From NCBI GenBank assembly GCA_047602405.1, contig JASGHJ010000002.1, positions 224,001 through 288,000 of the forward strand: 64,000 nucleotides of DNA, written 5' to 3'. How positions within the stretch are numbered: the stretch's first letter is position 1; each line of letters starts with the position of its first letter. A program made the position numbers and the translations under genes. The notes below the pieces were generated by a model. That model was not told where the DNA came from. It was given only the letters and a program-made list of their open reading frames with translations, and made no database searches. Source of the DNA: Anaeromyxobacteraceae bacterium. GTDB taxonomy: Bacteria; Myxococcota; Myxococcia; Myxococcales; Anaeromyxobacteraceae. Positions 1 through 9,300 of this stretch are shown in pieces.

Positions 1-776
1 GCGCGCCCGCCCTCGCCCACCGTCCGCGCCGCCTCGTGGCCGCGCACCTCGACCCGGCTCGCCGCCTGGCGCGTGGCGTTCGCGGCCTCGGTGACCATCT
101 CGCGCCCGCGCTCCATCGTGCCGTTCACCGCCTCGGCGCTCCGCGAGCGCGCGCTCTCGGCGAGGCGCCGCGCCGCCTGGGCGCTGACCCGCGCCCCCTG
201 GCTCACGAGCTCGCCGACCACGTCGGCGCCCGCCCGCAGGGCGTCGCGGCTGCGGTCGAGGAGCGACGACATCGCGCCGGCCACGAAGTTGCCGGGCGGC
301 TCCTCCGGCGCCTCGGGGTGCGGCCGCGTCGGGGCGACCCGGCGCGCCCGCTCGAGCGAGTCCCCGAGCGCCTGGCGGCGCTGCTCGTCGAGCCCGCGCT
401 CGAGCCGGGGCAACAGCTCCCGCTCCTCCTCCTCCACGTGGCGGCGCACCTCCCGGGCGATCAGCCGGTACTTCGAGCGCCAGCGCTCGGAGCCGTGCGG
501 CAGCGCCTCGAGCTCGGAGAGCAGCACCTTCACCGCGTGGTGCTCCTCGAGGGCGTCGACCACGGCGTCGGGCTGCCCGAGCTCGCGCAGCGCGGGATAG
601 AGGAACTGCTCCTCGATGACGGCGTGCAGCGAGAGCTCGCGCACGAGCTCCCGGGTCGGACCCTCGAGCGCCGCGGCGCCCTCACCGTCCGTGCTGCTGC
701 GCTGCGCGCGCTCGAGCGTCTTCAGCAGGCGCTCCACCTCCCGGTGATCGCGCTCGATGACCTGCCTCGCGTCCAT
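1..776 (-). CDS. Hemerythrin-domain protein with long C-terminal helical tail (3' end outside window)
   Basis: Hand translation from ATG 776 (GGAGAGG upstream): MDARQVIERDHREVE...SLHAVIEEQFLYP...EEHHAVK...RHVEEEERELLP...APTRPHP, the hemerythrin H/HxxxE pattern. Not in the ORF track because the stop lies outside the window. Confidence 0.85.
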   Translation of the reverse strand, partial: MDARQVIERDHREVERLLKTLERAQRSSTDGEGAAALEGPTRELVRELSLHAVIEEQFLYPALRELGQPDAVVDALEEHHAVKVLLSELEALPHGSERWRSKYRLIAREVRRHVEEEERELLPRLERGLDEQRRQALGDSLERARRVAPTRPHPEAPEEPPGNFVAGAMSSLLDRSRDALRAGADVVGELVSQGARVSAQAARRLAESARSRSAEAVNGTMERGREMVTEAANATRQAASRVEVRGHEAARTVGEGGR

Positions 777-876
777 GGCCTCTCCCTTCGATGTCGGGTG
801 AGGTCGAACGCTTCGCATCATGACGTCTTGCGTCAAGGCCCGGTCCCACGGCCTGGCGGACGGCCGGCGGGCGGGC

Positions 877-2481
877 CTACAGCCGGAAGCCGTCGGCGAT
901 GACCGAGATGCGGGTCGCGGTCTCGGTGAGCCGCGAGGCGGCGTCGCGGAGGCGGTCGATGCGGCCGACCGTGTCCTCCATGCCGCGGTCGAGGTCGCGC
1001 ATGGCGGCCGCGATCTGGGCGACGCCCTGGGACTGCTGCTGCACGGCGCCGGCGATCTGCAGGGCGGCCTCGCTGGTCTCGCCGACGATCCCGCCGATCT
1101 CCCGCAGGCTCTCGCCCGAGGCGCGGATCTGGGCGATCGAGCCCTCCATGCCGCGCGTGCCGGACTCGGTGCTCTCGAGCGTGGCCTGGATGGCCCCGAG
1201 GATGTCCTTCACGATCCGGGCGATGTTGGAGGCCGCCTGGCCAGACTGCTCGGCGAGCGCCCGGACCTCGCTCGCGACGACCCCGAAGCCCTTGCCGGCC
1301 TCCCCGGCGCGGGCGGCCTCGATCGACGCGTTGAGGGAGAGCACGTGCGACTGCATGGCGAGGTCGCGGACGGTCTCCACGATGTCGCCGACCTGCCTGG
1401 CCTGCTCGAGGAGGCGGGCGCTGCGGGTCACGAGGGCGTCGACGCTGCCCTGGATGTCCTGCAGCCCGGTGAGGCTGCGGTCGGCGGCCTCCCGGCCCGT
1501 CTCGCTCATCTGCCCCGCGCGCCGGGCGACGTCGAGCACCGCCGCAGCGCGGGAGGCGGCCATGACGGAGGTCTGCTCGAGCTCGCGGGTGGTGGTGCTC
1601 GTCTCGGTGATGCCGGTCGCCTGCCGCTGCACGTTCGCGGTCTGGCCCTCGGTGTGCTCGACGAGGTCGGTCGCCGAGGTCGAGAGCTCCTGGGCGGCGT
1701 CCTTGAGCGTGGAGACGATGGTGCGCAGCCGCTCCACCATCCGCTGGAAGCTGCGGGCGAGGGCGGCGACCTCGTCGTCCCCCTCGATCTCGAGCTTGCG
1801 GCCGAGGTCGCCCTCCGCGAGGTCGAGCGCGGCGCCGGCGAGGCGCTCGAGCGAGCGGGAGGCGCTCCGGGCGAGGGCCAGCGCGAGCCCCAGGCCGGCG
1901 AAGGCGGCCACGAACGCGGCCCCGAGCCCCCACGTGTAGACCATGGTCTGCAGGCCGCGGGCCCGGGCGAACCCGCCGTTCACGTCGCGCTGGGCCTGGG
2001 ACACGAGCTCGCCGACGTCGGCCTTCAGCATCTTGAAGCGGGCCGAGGACGACTTCACCGCGTCGCGGATGCCCTCGCCGGGGTCGCGCTTCACGACCCG
2101 GAGCGTGACGTCGCGGGCGTTCCGGTACCAGCCGTCCACCGAGGCGAGGAGCGCGTCGCGCCGGGCGGTGGGCAGGGTGGCGGCGGGCGTGGCCTCGAGG
2201 AGGTGGCGCAGGTCCTCCACGATGAGGTCGGCCGCCGCGACGCCGCCGCCATCCTCGGTGGCCGCGGCGTCGTCGAGCTGGCGCTCCACCGCGGCGAGGC
2301 GGACCTCGAGGTCCCGGCCCAGCTGCAGGCGGGGGAAGTGGCCGGACTCGAGCTGCCCGAGCTCCTCGACGGAGCCCGAGAGCAGCCACGCGCCGGCGAT
2401 GGTCGCGAGGAGCATCGCCAGCGCGGCCACGAGGGCCGGGAGGAGCATCTTGGACCGGAACGAGAACGCGGCGAGGCGCAT
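877..2481 (-). CDS. Methyl-accepting chemotaxis protein (2 TM, HAMP, signalling domain)
   Basis: Canonical tip LSLNASIEAARAGEAGKGFGVVASEVRALAEQS; HAMP motif DDEVAALARSF; start chosen at MRLAAFSFRSK. Confidence 0.93.
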   Translation of the reverse strand: MRLAAFSFRSKMLLPALVAALAMLLATIAGAWLLSGSVEELGQLESGHFPRLQLGRDLEVRLAAVERQLDDAAATEDGGGVAAADLIVEDLRHLLEATPAATLPTARRDALLASVDGWYRNARDVTLRVVKRDPGEGIRDAVKSSSARFKMLKADVGELVSQAQRDVNGGFARARGLQTMVYTWGLGAAFVAAFAGLGLALALARSASRSLERLAGAALDLAEGDLGRKLEIEGDDEVAALARSFQRMVERLRTIVSTLKDAAQELSTSATDLVEHTEGQTANVQRQATGITETSTTTRELEQTSVMAASRAAAVLDVARRAGQMSETGREAADRSLTGLQDIQGSVDALVTRSARLLEQARQVGDIVETVRDLAMQSHVLSLNASIEAARAGEAGKGFGVVASEVRALAEQSGQAASNIARIVKDILGAIQATLESTESGTRGMEGSIAQIRASGESLREIGGIVGETSEAALQIAGAVQQQSQGVAQIAAAMRDLDRGMEDTVGRIDRLRDAASRLTETATRISVIADGFRL

Positions 2482-2615
2482 GGCGGTGGCCGGTGTCGGG
2501 GAGGCCCGGCAGTCCCGGTTTACCAGAATCACGGGCGCCGTCGCGAAGGTACGGCCGGCGTCGCCTCGCGGCGGACTGGCGGGCCCGCCGGACCTCTGCG
2601 ACAATCTGTGGATCC

Positions 2616-3680
2616 ATGAACGCGCGCCGGTACGCCCTCTGGGGAGCGATGTTGGGGTTCGGGTTCCCGCTCGTGGGGACGATCGTCGAGGCCCTGCACC
2701 AGGGCTACGGCGTCGGGCTCCGCGGCCTCATCCGCGCCCAGTCCTCGCCGCTCCTGTGGATCATCGACACCGCCCCCATCGTCCTGACGGTGCTCGCCGG
2801 CATGGTCGGCCTGCGCCAGGACAGCCTCTCCGCGCTCTCCGGGACCCGCAAGACCGAGTCGCTCTCGGCGGCCGGCGAGCTCGTCGCGGCGGCGCAGTCG
2901 CTGCTCTCGACGGTGTCCTCCTTCTCGTCGATGACCGCCGAGACCGCCGCCTCGGTGCGCGAGACCACCGCCACGATGGGCCAGCTCGGCCAGACCGCCA
3001 CGAAGGCCGCCCTCACCGCCGAGACGGTGATCGGCCTCGCGCGGCAGGGCGAGAAGATCTCCCTCGAGGGCCTCGACGCGCTCGACGAGAGCCAGAAGCT
3101 GATGGGGACGCTCACCACCGAGGTGCGCGGGCTCTCCGACCGCATCGAGGCGCTCAACGCGCGCATGCGCGACATCTTCGAGATCGCGACGGTGGTGAAC
3201 TTCATCGCCGACCGCTCGCAGCGCCTCGCCGAGCACGCCGACCAGGAGGTCAAGAGCGCCGGCGCGGCGGCCCCGGGGCTCTCCGACGTGGTCGGGGAGA
3301 TGCGCCACCACGCGGAGGACGCGAAGCGCGCCGCCGCGCAGGTGAAGGTGGTGCTCTCGGAGGTCCACAAGGCGATGCTCGCCGCCATGACCGCCGCCGA
3401 GCTCGGCACCCAGCGCGCCGAGCAGGGCGCGCAGATCGCCTCGAAGAGCGGCGAGACCATCAAGCGGCTCGCCGCGGCGCTGCGGGACTCGTCCCAGGCG
3501 GCGAAGGAGATCGCGGTGGTCGCCCAGCAGCAGGACCACGGCATCGACCAGGTCCTGAAGGCGATGAACGAGATCTACCTCGCCACCCAGGAGACGATGA
3601 CGTCGACCCAGAACGTGGCGAGCGAGGCGAAGGCGCTCAACGACCTCGCCTCCGAGCTCAAGAAGCAGTCCGAAGGGTAA
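2616..3680 (+). CDS. MCP-like protein with degenerate signalling tip
   Basis: Two N-terminal TM segments, MCP-like heptad helices (QQQDHGIDQV), divergent tip sequence. Confidence 0.8.
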   Translation: MNARRYALWGAMLGFGFPLVGTIVEALHQGYGVGLRGLIRAQSSPLLWIIDTAPIVLTVLAGMVGLRQDSLSALSGTRKTESLSAAGELVAAAQSLLSTVSSFSSMTAETAASVRETTATMGQLGQTATKAALTAETVIGLARQGEKISLEGLDALDESQKLMGTLTTEVRGLSDRIEALNARMRDIFEIATVVNFIADRSQRLAEHADQEVKSAGAAAPGLSDVVGEMRHHAEDAKRAAAQVKVVLSEVHKAMLAAMTAAELGTQRAEQGAQIASKSGETIKRLAAALRDSSQAAKEIAVVAQQQDHGIDQVLKAMNEIYLATQETMTSTQNVASEAKALNDLASELKKQSEG

Positions 3681-3692
3681 AGGAGACACCGC

Positions 3693-4166
3693 ATGGCGGA
3701 GGACCGGAGCTGGGCCGCGCTCCTGTCGGGCTTCTCGACGGCGCTGCTCGTCACGCGGGGCGCGGAGGGGCACCTCCACGCGCGCCCGATGGCGATGCGC
3801 CAGCAGGTGCGGGGCGAGGAGATCTGGTTCGCGACCTCCGCCCGCTCGAAGAAGTGCAAGGACCTCGAGGGCGAGCCGCAGTGCGCGCTCACCTTCACCG
3901 CGGCGGACGGCACGACGCTCTCGGTGTCGGGGCGGGGCGAGATCTTCCGGGACCGCAAGCTCGCGCTGGAGCTCTGGGATCGCTCGTGGTCGCGCTGGTT
4001 CCCGGAGGGGCCGGCGCAGCGGGACCTCGCGCTCGTGCGCGTCATCCCCGAGCACGTCGAGAGCCACGACGGCGTGACCGGGCGGAGCGAGGTGCTCTAC
4101 ACCTCCCGCCGCCCCGCGCAGGGCCCGAAGAAGCGCCGGGCCCGCGCCACCGCCGCGCGGCGGTAG
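3693..4166 (+). CDS. Pyridoxamine 5'-phosphate oxidase-like / general stress protein 26 family
   Basis: LHARPM, IWFATS, LSVSGRG, WFPEGP motifs; GGAG RBS. Confidence 0.85.
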   Translation: MAEDRSWAALLSGFSTALLVTRGAEGHLHARPMAMRQQVRGEEIWFATSARSKKCKDLEGEPQCALTFTAADGTTLSVSGRGEIFRDRKLALELWDRSWSRWFPEGPAQRDLALVRVIPEHVESHDGVTGRSEVLYTSRRPAQGPKKRRARATAARR

Positions 4167-4218
4167 GGCGGGCCCGGGTCCCTCGACGGCTCGGGACGAG
4201 CGGCGGCCGGGAGGGCCG

Positions 4219-4926
4219 CTACTTCACGATCTCGAGCAGCTCGATCTCGAACGTCAGCACGGCGTTGCCCGGGATGACCGGCGGGCGGCCGTTCGGGCCG
4301 TAGGCGATGTCGGACGGGCAGACGACCTTCGCCTTGCCGCCGACCTTCATCATCTGCAGCGCCTCGGTCCAGCACTTCACGACCTGGTCGAGCGGGAACT
4401 CCACCGGCTGGCCGCGCTTGTAGGAGGAGTCGAACTCCTTCCCGTCGATGAGCGTGCCGGCGTAGTTCACCTTCACCTTGTCCTTCGCGCCGGGCGAGGC
4501 GCCGGAGCCCTCCTTCTGCGAGATCACGATCGCGCCGGAGGGCGACTTCTTCGCGCCCTTCTCGGCCGCCATCTTGGCGAGGTAGGCCGGGCCCGCGTCG
4601 GCCTGCTTCTTGTCGGCGACCGCCTTGCGGGAGCGGGCGAGCTCCTGGATCGAGGCGTTGAGCTTCTCGTCCATCGGGTACTTCGGCTTGTGGCTGACGC
4701 CGTCCTTGAGCCCCTTCACGACCGTCTCGAGCTCCGCGGGCGAGAGCGCGAAGATCTCGACGTTCTGGGCCAGGGCGAGGCCGACGCCGTAGAGCGCCTT
4801 CTCGTCGTCCGCCTTCGCCGCCTGGGGCGAGGCGGGCGCGGCCGGCTTCGCGGGCGGGGCGGCCGGCGCCTGGGCGGCGGCGGGGAGGGTCAGGGCAGCG
4901 AGGAGGGCAGCGACGGCGAGCTTCAT
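4219..4926 (-). CDS. FKBP-type peptidyl-prolyl cis-trans isomerase (FkpA/Mip-like)
   Basis: Signal peptide; VKVNYAGTLIDGKEFDSS...AYG...IPGNAVLTFEIELL. Confidence 0.95.
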   Translation of the reverse strand: MKLAVAALLAALTLPAAAQAPAAPPAKPAAPASPQAAKADDEKALYGVGLALAQNVEIFALSPAELETVVKGLKDGVSHKPKYPMDEKLNASIQELARSRKAVADKKQADAGPAYLAKMAAEKGAKKSPSGAIVISQKEGSGASPGAKDKVKVNYAGTLIDGKEFDSSYKRGQPVEFPLDQVVKCWTEALQMMKVGGKAKVVCPSDIAYGPNGRPPVIPGNAVLTFEIELLEIVK

Positions 4927-4964
4927 GGTCCTTCCTTTCGAGGTGCGGCAGGTCGAGGCCGGCG

Positions 4965-6179
4965 TCAGGCCGGCTCCGGAGGTTCCTCGGGCCCGGCGGC
5001 GCGTGCGCGCTCGTCGAGGACCGCGAGCTTCTTGTGGAGGAAGCGGAAGACGGCCACGAACACCGAGGCCAGCGGCACGGCCAGGAGGGCCCCGACGAGC
5101 CCGTGGCTTCGCTCCCCGATCACGAGGGCAAGGACGATCAGGACGGGGTGGATCTTCGAGGCGTCGCCCATGATCTTGGGGTTGAGGAAGTAGGTCTCGA
5201 GGGCGTGGATGAACAGCACCCACCCGAGCGCCAGCAGGGCCTTCGTGAGTCCCCCCGCACCCAGGGCGAGGAGGACGATGGGCACCGTCGAGAGGATCGT
5301 GCCGAAGATCGGCACGACGTAGAGCAGGAGGGCGAGCGCGGAGAGCGCGAACGCGAACGGCACCCGGAGCATCAGGAGGCCGATCAGGGTGAGCACCCCG
5401 TTCACCAGCATGATGGTGAGCTGGCCGCGCACCACGCCGGCGAGGCCCGCGTCGATGCCGTGGAGGAGGCGGCGGACGTCGTCCCGCCAGCCGGTCGGCA
5501 CGAGCGTCTCGGGGAAGCGCAGGATCCGCGGCGCGTCCATCGAGATGAACGCGGTCAGCATGAACAGGAGGACCACGAAGAAGATGGTCTGGAAGGCCCC
5601 GGCGATGAGCGCCTGGGACAGGCGCAGCACGTCGCCCACCCGCCCGCGCAGGCTGGTGCTGGTCGCCCGGATGGCCTCGGCGATCGCGGCGTCGAGGTCG
5701 ACCTGCAGGCGCCCCACGGCCGACGGCCCCGCGTTCGCGGAGACGACGTCGACCGGGATCCCGTAGCGCTGCAGGAAGGCGTCGATGGCCCGCGACCAGC
5801 CCTCGATCTTCTCGGGGGTCACGCCGGCCAGGAACTCGCGCACCTCGCCCAGGCCGCGCATCGCCTCCCGGTAGATCTGCGGGACCACCGAGACCCCGAG
5901 CAGCCAGCCGAACCCGCCGAGGAGGAGGTAGACGACGATGACCCCCATCCAGCGCGGCGGGTGGCGGCCGCCCCTGAGCTCGATCCGCACGATCCGCTGG
6001 ATGAGCGGGTCGATGACGTAGGCCGCCAGCGCCGCCAGCACGAACGGCAGCAGCACCGGCCAGGCGGCGACGAGCACCGCGAGGACGAGCGCCCACACGA
6101 GCCCGGTGAGCCCGAAGAGCTGGACCCGCGGCTGGCGGAGGAAGGAGAGGAGCGACGGCACGGCGCGCCTTTCTACCAT
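4965..6179 (-). CDS. AI-2E family transporter
   Basis: Multiple TM segments; AYVIDP, VRGQL, LNPKIMG..IHP, GLVGALLAVP motifs. Confidence 0.9.
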   Translation of the reverse strand: MVERRAVPSLLSFLRQPRVQLFGLTGLVWALVLAVLVAAWPVLLPFVLAALAAYVIDPLIQRIVRIELRGGRHPPRWMGVIVVYLLLGGFGWLLGVSVVPQIYREAMRGLGEVREFLAGVTPEKIEGWSRAIDAFLQRYGIPVDVVSANAGPSAVGRLQVDLDAAIAEAIRATSTSLRGRVGDVLRLSQALIAGAFQTIFFVVLLFMLTAFISMDAPRILRFPETLVPTGWRDDVRRLLHGIDAGLAGVVRGQLTIMLVNGVLTLIGLLMLRVPFAFALSALALLLYVVPIFGTILSTVPIVLLALGAGGLTKALLALGWVLFIHALETYFLNPKIMGDASKIHPVLIVLALVIGERSHGLVGALLAVPLASVFVAVFRFLHKKLAVLDERARAAGPEEPPEPA

Positions 6180-6206
6180 GGCGGCCGTGCCGCATCCCCA
6201 GGAACG

Positions 6207-8102
6207 CTACTCCTCGAGGGTGGAGACGTCGCCCTCGGGCAGGCCCTGCGCGCGGGCCTTGAGCACGCGGCGCATGATCTTGCCGGACCGGGTCTTCGGG
6301 AGCGCGTCCACGAAGTTCACCTTCTCCGGCTTCACGATCGGGCCCATGTGCGTCGCGACGTGCTGCTTCACCTGATCCTCGAGCTCGGGCGAGCCCACGA
6401 AGCCCTGCCGCAGGAGCACGTAGCAGTGGATCGCCTGGCCCTTCACCTCGTGCGAGAGGCCGATGACGGCCGCCTCGGCGATGGCCGGGTGGCTGACGAG
6501 GGCGCTCTCGATCTCGGCGGTGCCGAGCCGGTAGCCGGACACCTTGATGACGTCGTCGGTGCGGCCGATGACCCAGAAGTACCCGTCCTTGTCGCGCTTG
6601 GCCGAGTCACCGGCCATGTACTTGCCGGGGTACTTCGACCAGTACTGCTTCGCCCAGCGGTCGTGGTCCTTGTAGATGGTCACGGCCATGCCCGGCCACG
6701 GGTTCTCGAGGACGAGGAACCCCTCCTCGCCGTCCGGCACGGGCTTGCCGGCCTCGTCGACGATCGACGCCTTCTGCGTGAAGAACGGGCGGGTGCCGGA
6801 GCCGGGCTTGAGCGGCACGCTCGGCGTGGGCGTGATCTGGAACATGCCGGTCTCGGTCTGCCACCAGGTGTCCATGATCGGGCAGCGGCCCTTGCCGATC
6901 ACGCGGTGGTACCACTTCCACGCCTCGGGGTTGATGGGCTCGCCGACCGAGCCGAGGAGCCGGAGCGTCGAGAGGTCGTGGCGGTTGGGCCACGACTCGC
7001 CGAAGCGCATCAGCCCGCGCACCGCGGTGGGCGCGGTGTAGAGGATCGTGATGCCGTACTTCTCGACGAGCTGCCACCAGCGGTTCGGATACGGGTAGGT
7101 CGGGGCGCCCTCGTACATGAACGTCGTCGCGCCCATGAGCAGCGGGCCGTAGACGATGTACGAGTGGCCGGTCACCCAGCCCGGATCCGCGGCGCACCAG
7201 TAGCGGTCCTCGTCGCGGATGTCGAAGACGTACTTGAGCGTCGAGTAGACGCCGACCATGTAGCCGCCGTGGCCGTGGACGAGGCCCTTCGGCTTCCCGG
7301 TCGTGCCGGAGGTGTAGAGGATGTAGAGCGGGTCGTTCGAGTCCATCACCTCGGTCGGGCAGACGCCCGTCGCGAGGGGCAGCTTCATGAGCTCGTGGTA
7401 CCAGTAGTCCCTGCCCGCCTCCATGCGGACCTCGTGGCCGGTGCGCTGGACCACGATGACCGTCTCGACCGTCGGGCAGCGGCGGACGGCCTCGTCCACC
7501 GTCTTCTTCAGCTCGACGATCTTGCCGTTCATGAAGCCGCCGTCGGCGGTGATGACCACGCGCGACTCGGAGTCCTCGATGCGGCCCTGCAACGAGTCGG
7601 TGGAGAAGCCGCCGTACACGACCGAGTGGATCGCGCCGAGCTTCGCGACCGCGAGCATCGCGATCACGATCTCGGGGACGCGCGGCATGTAGATCGTGAC
7701 GCGGTCGCCCTTCTTCACGCCCATGGCCTTCAGGACGTTCGCGAACTTGGAGACGTCGCGGTTGAGCGCGAAGTACGAGTAGGTGCGGACCTCGCCCTTC
7801 TCACCGACCCACACGAGCGCGAGCTTGTTCTTGCGGTAGGTGCGCTGGTGGCGGTCGAGGCAGTTGTGGACGATGTTGACCTGGCCGCCCTTGAACCACT
7901 TGAAGAAGGGCTTCTCGGACGAATCGCAGACCTTGTCCCACTTGCGGTACCACTCGAGCTCCTCGGCCTCGGCCGCCCAGAACGCGTCGGGATCCTCGAG
8001 CGCCTTCTTCGCCATCGCGTCCCAGTCCTTCACGCGGGCCTGGGAGACGACCTCGGCGGAGGGGTAGAACACCTCGCCCTCGAGCTGCGGGTCCTTCTTC
8101 AT
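6207..8102 (-). CDS. acs: Acetate--CoA ligase
   Basis: YTSGTTGKPKG, WWQTETG, GRTDDVIKVSGYR, LPKTRSGKIMRR; AAGGAG RBS before MKKDPQ. Confidence 0.96.
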   Translation of the reverse strand: MKKDPQLEGEVFYPSAEVVSQARVKDWDAMAKKALEDPDAFWAAEAEELEWYRKWDKVCDSSEKPFFKWFKGGQVNIVHNCLDRHQRTYRKNKLALVWVGEKGEVRTYSYFALNRDVSKFANVLKAMGVKKGDRVTIYMPRVPEIVIAMLAVAKLGAIHSVVYGGFSTDSLQGRIEDSESRVVITADGGFMNGKIVELKKTVDEAVRRCPTVETVIVVQRTGHEVRMEAGRDYWYHELMKLPLATGVCPTEVMDSNDPLYILYTSGTTGKPKGLVHGHGGYMVGVYSTLKYVFDIRDEDRYWCAADPGWVTGHSYIVYGPLLMGATTFMYEGAPTYPYPNRWWQLVEKYGITILYTAPTAVRGLMRFGESWPNRHDLSTLRLLGSVGEPINPEAWKWYHRVIGKGRCPIMDTWWQTETGMFQITPTPSVPLKPGSGTRPFFTQKASIVDEAGKPVPDGEEGFLVLENPWPGMAVTIYKDHDRWAKQYWSKYPGKYMAGDSAKRDKDGYFWVIGRTDDVIKVSGYRLGTAEIESALVSHPAIAEAAVIGLSHEVKGQAIHCYVLLRQGFVGSPELEDQVKQHVATHMGPIVKPEKVNFVDALPKTRSGKIMRRVLKARAQGLPEGDVSTLEE

Positions 8103-8340
8103 CGCGCGCTCCTTTCTCGGCGTTGGACGGGCGCCGCGTCCTCGCGGGCCCGGGCTCCGGCCGCTCGCCGCGGGGGCGGCGCCGGTCTCGGTGGGTGAAC
8201 GTGTGACTCTACAGCCAGACGGAAGGGATCGTCTCGACAGGATGCACCTCTTCGAGACGAATCGTCTGCCCCGGGTGGGTTTCACGCAGTGCGTCGTGGC
8301 CGGGAGGCGAACCGCCCGAACTGCGTGTATCCTCCGCGTC

Positions 8341-9300
8341 GTGCGCCTCCCGCCCCCCGTCCGCCGCGGCGACGTCGTCCGGGTCATCGCCCCCTCGAGC
8401 CCGTTCGACGCCGACGCGTTCCGGCGCGGCCTCGAGGTGCTCACCCGCCGGCTCGGCCTCGTGCCGCGGCACCGCGCCGATCTGGCCGCCCGGGCCGACT
8501 TCCTCGCCGGCGACGACGCGCGGCGCCTCGAGGAGTGGCGCGAGGCGGTCGCCGACCCCGACGCCACCGCGATCTTCTGCGCCCGTGGCGGCTACGGCGC
8601 GAGCCGGATCCTGCCGGGCGTGGATCCGGCCCCGCTCGTCGCGCGCCCGAAGACGCTGGTCGGCTTCTCGGACATCTGCGTGCTGCACGCCGCGCTCAAC
8701 CGGGCCGGCCTCGCCACCGTGCACGGGCCGGTGCTCACCCAGCTCGGGCGCGCGCCGGAGGAGGCGATCGATCACCTCGAGCGGCTGCTCGCCCGGACCG
8801 CGCCACGGGCCGGGGCGTGGGAGCGCCCGGCGGCGGGGGCCGGGCTCGTCGGCACCGCCACCGTGACCCCCGGCCGCGCGAGCGGGCCGCTCCTCGGTGG
8901 CTCGCTCACGCTCCTCGCCCACCTGGCCGGCACGCCCTACATGCCGCCGCTCGCGGGCGCGGTCGTCCTCCTCGAGGACGTGGGCGAGAAGCCGTACCGC
9001 ATCGACCGGTACCTCACGCAGCTCCGGCTCGCGGGCGCGCTCGACGGCGTCGCGGGCGTCGCGCTCGGCCAGTTCGCCGACTGCGACCTCGGCGTGCAGC
9101 GCGGGCTCGACGTCGCCCGCGCGGCGGCGAGGGCGCTCGGCGTGCCGGTCATCGAGGGGATCGCCGCCGGCCACGAGGACGCGAACTTCGCCGTGCCGCT
9201 CGGCGCGCGGGCCACGCTCGTCGCACCCGGGCCAGGCGAGGAGGGCGAGCCGCGGCTCACCTTCGACGGCTGGCTCGACGACGGGAGCCTCACCGCGTGA
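8341..9300 (+). CDS. ldcA: LD-carboxypeptidase (S66 family)
   Basis: VIAPSS, ARGGYGA, GFSD nucleophile, LLEDVGE, GH motif. Confidence 0.9.
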   Translation: MRLPPPVRRGDVVRVIAPSSPFDADAFRRGLEVLTRRLGLVPRHRADLAARADFLAGDDARRLEEWREAVADPDATAIFCARGGYGASRILPGVDPAPLVARPKTLVGFSDICVLHAALNRAGLATVHGPVLTQLGRAPEEAIDHLERLLARTAPRAGAWERPAAGAGLVGTATVTPGRASGPLLGGSLTLLAHLAGTPYMPPLAGAVVLLEDVGEKPYRIDRYLTQLRLAGALDGVAGVALGQFADCDLGVQRGLDVARAAARALGVPVIEGIAAGHEDANFAVPLGARATLVAPGPGEEGEPRLTFDGWLDDGSLTA

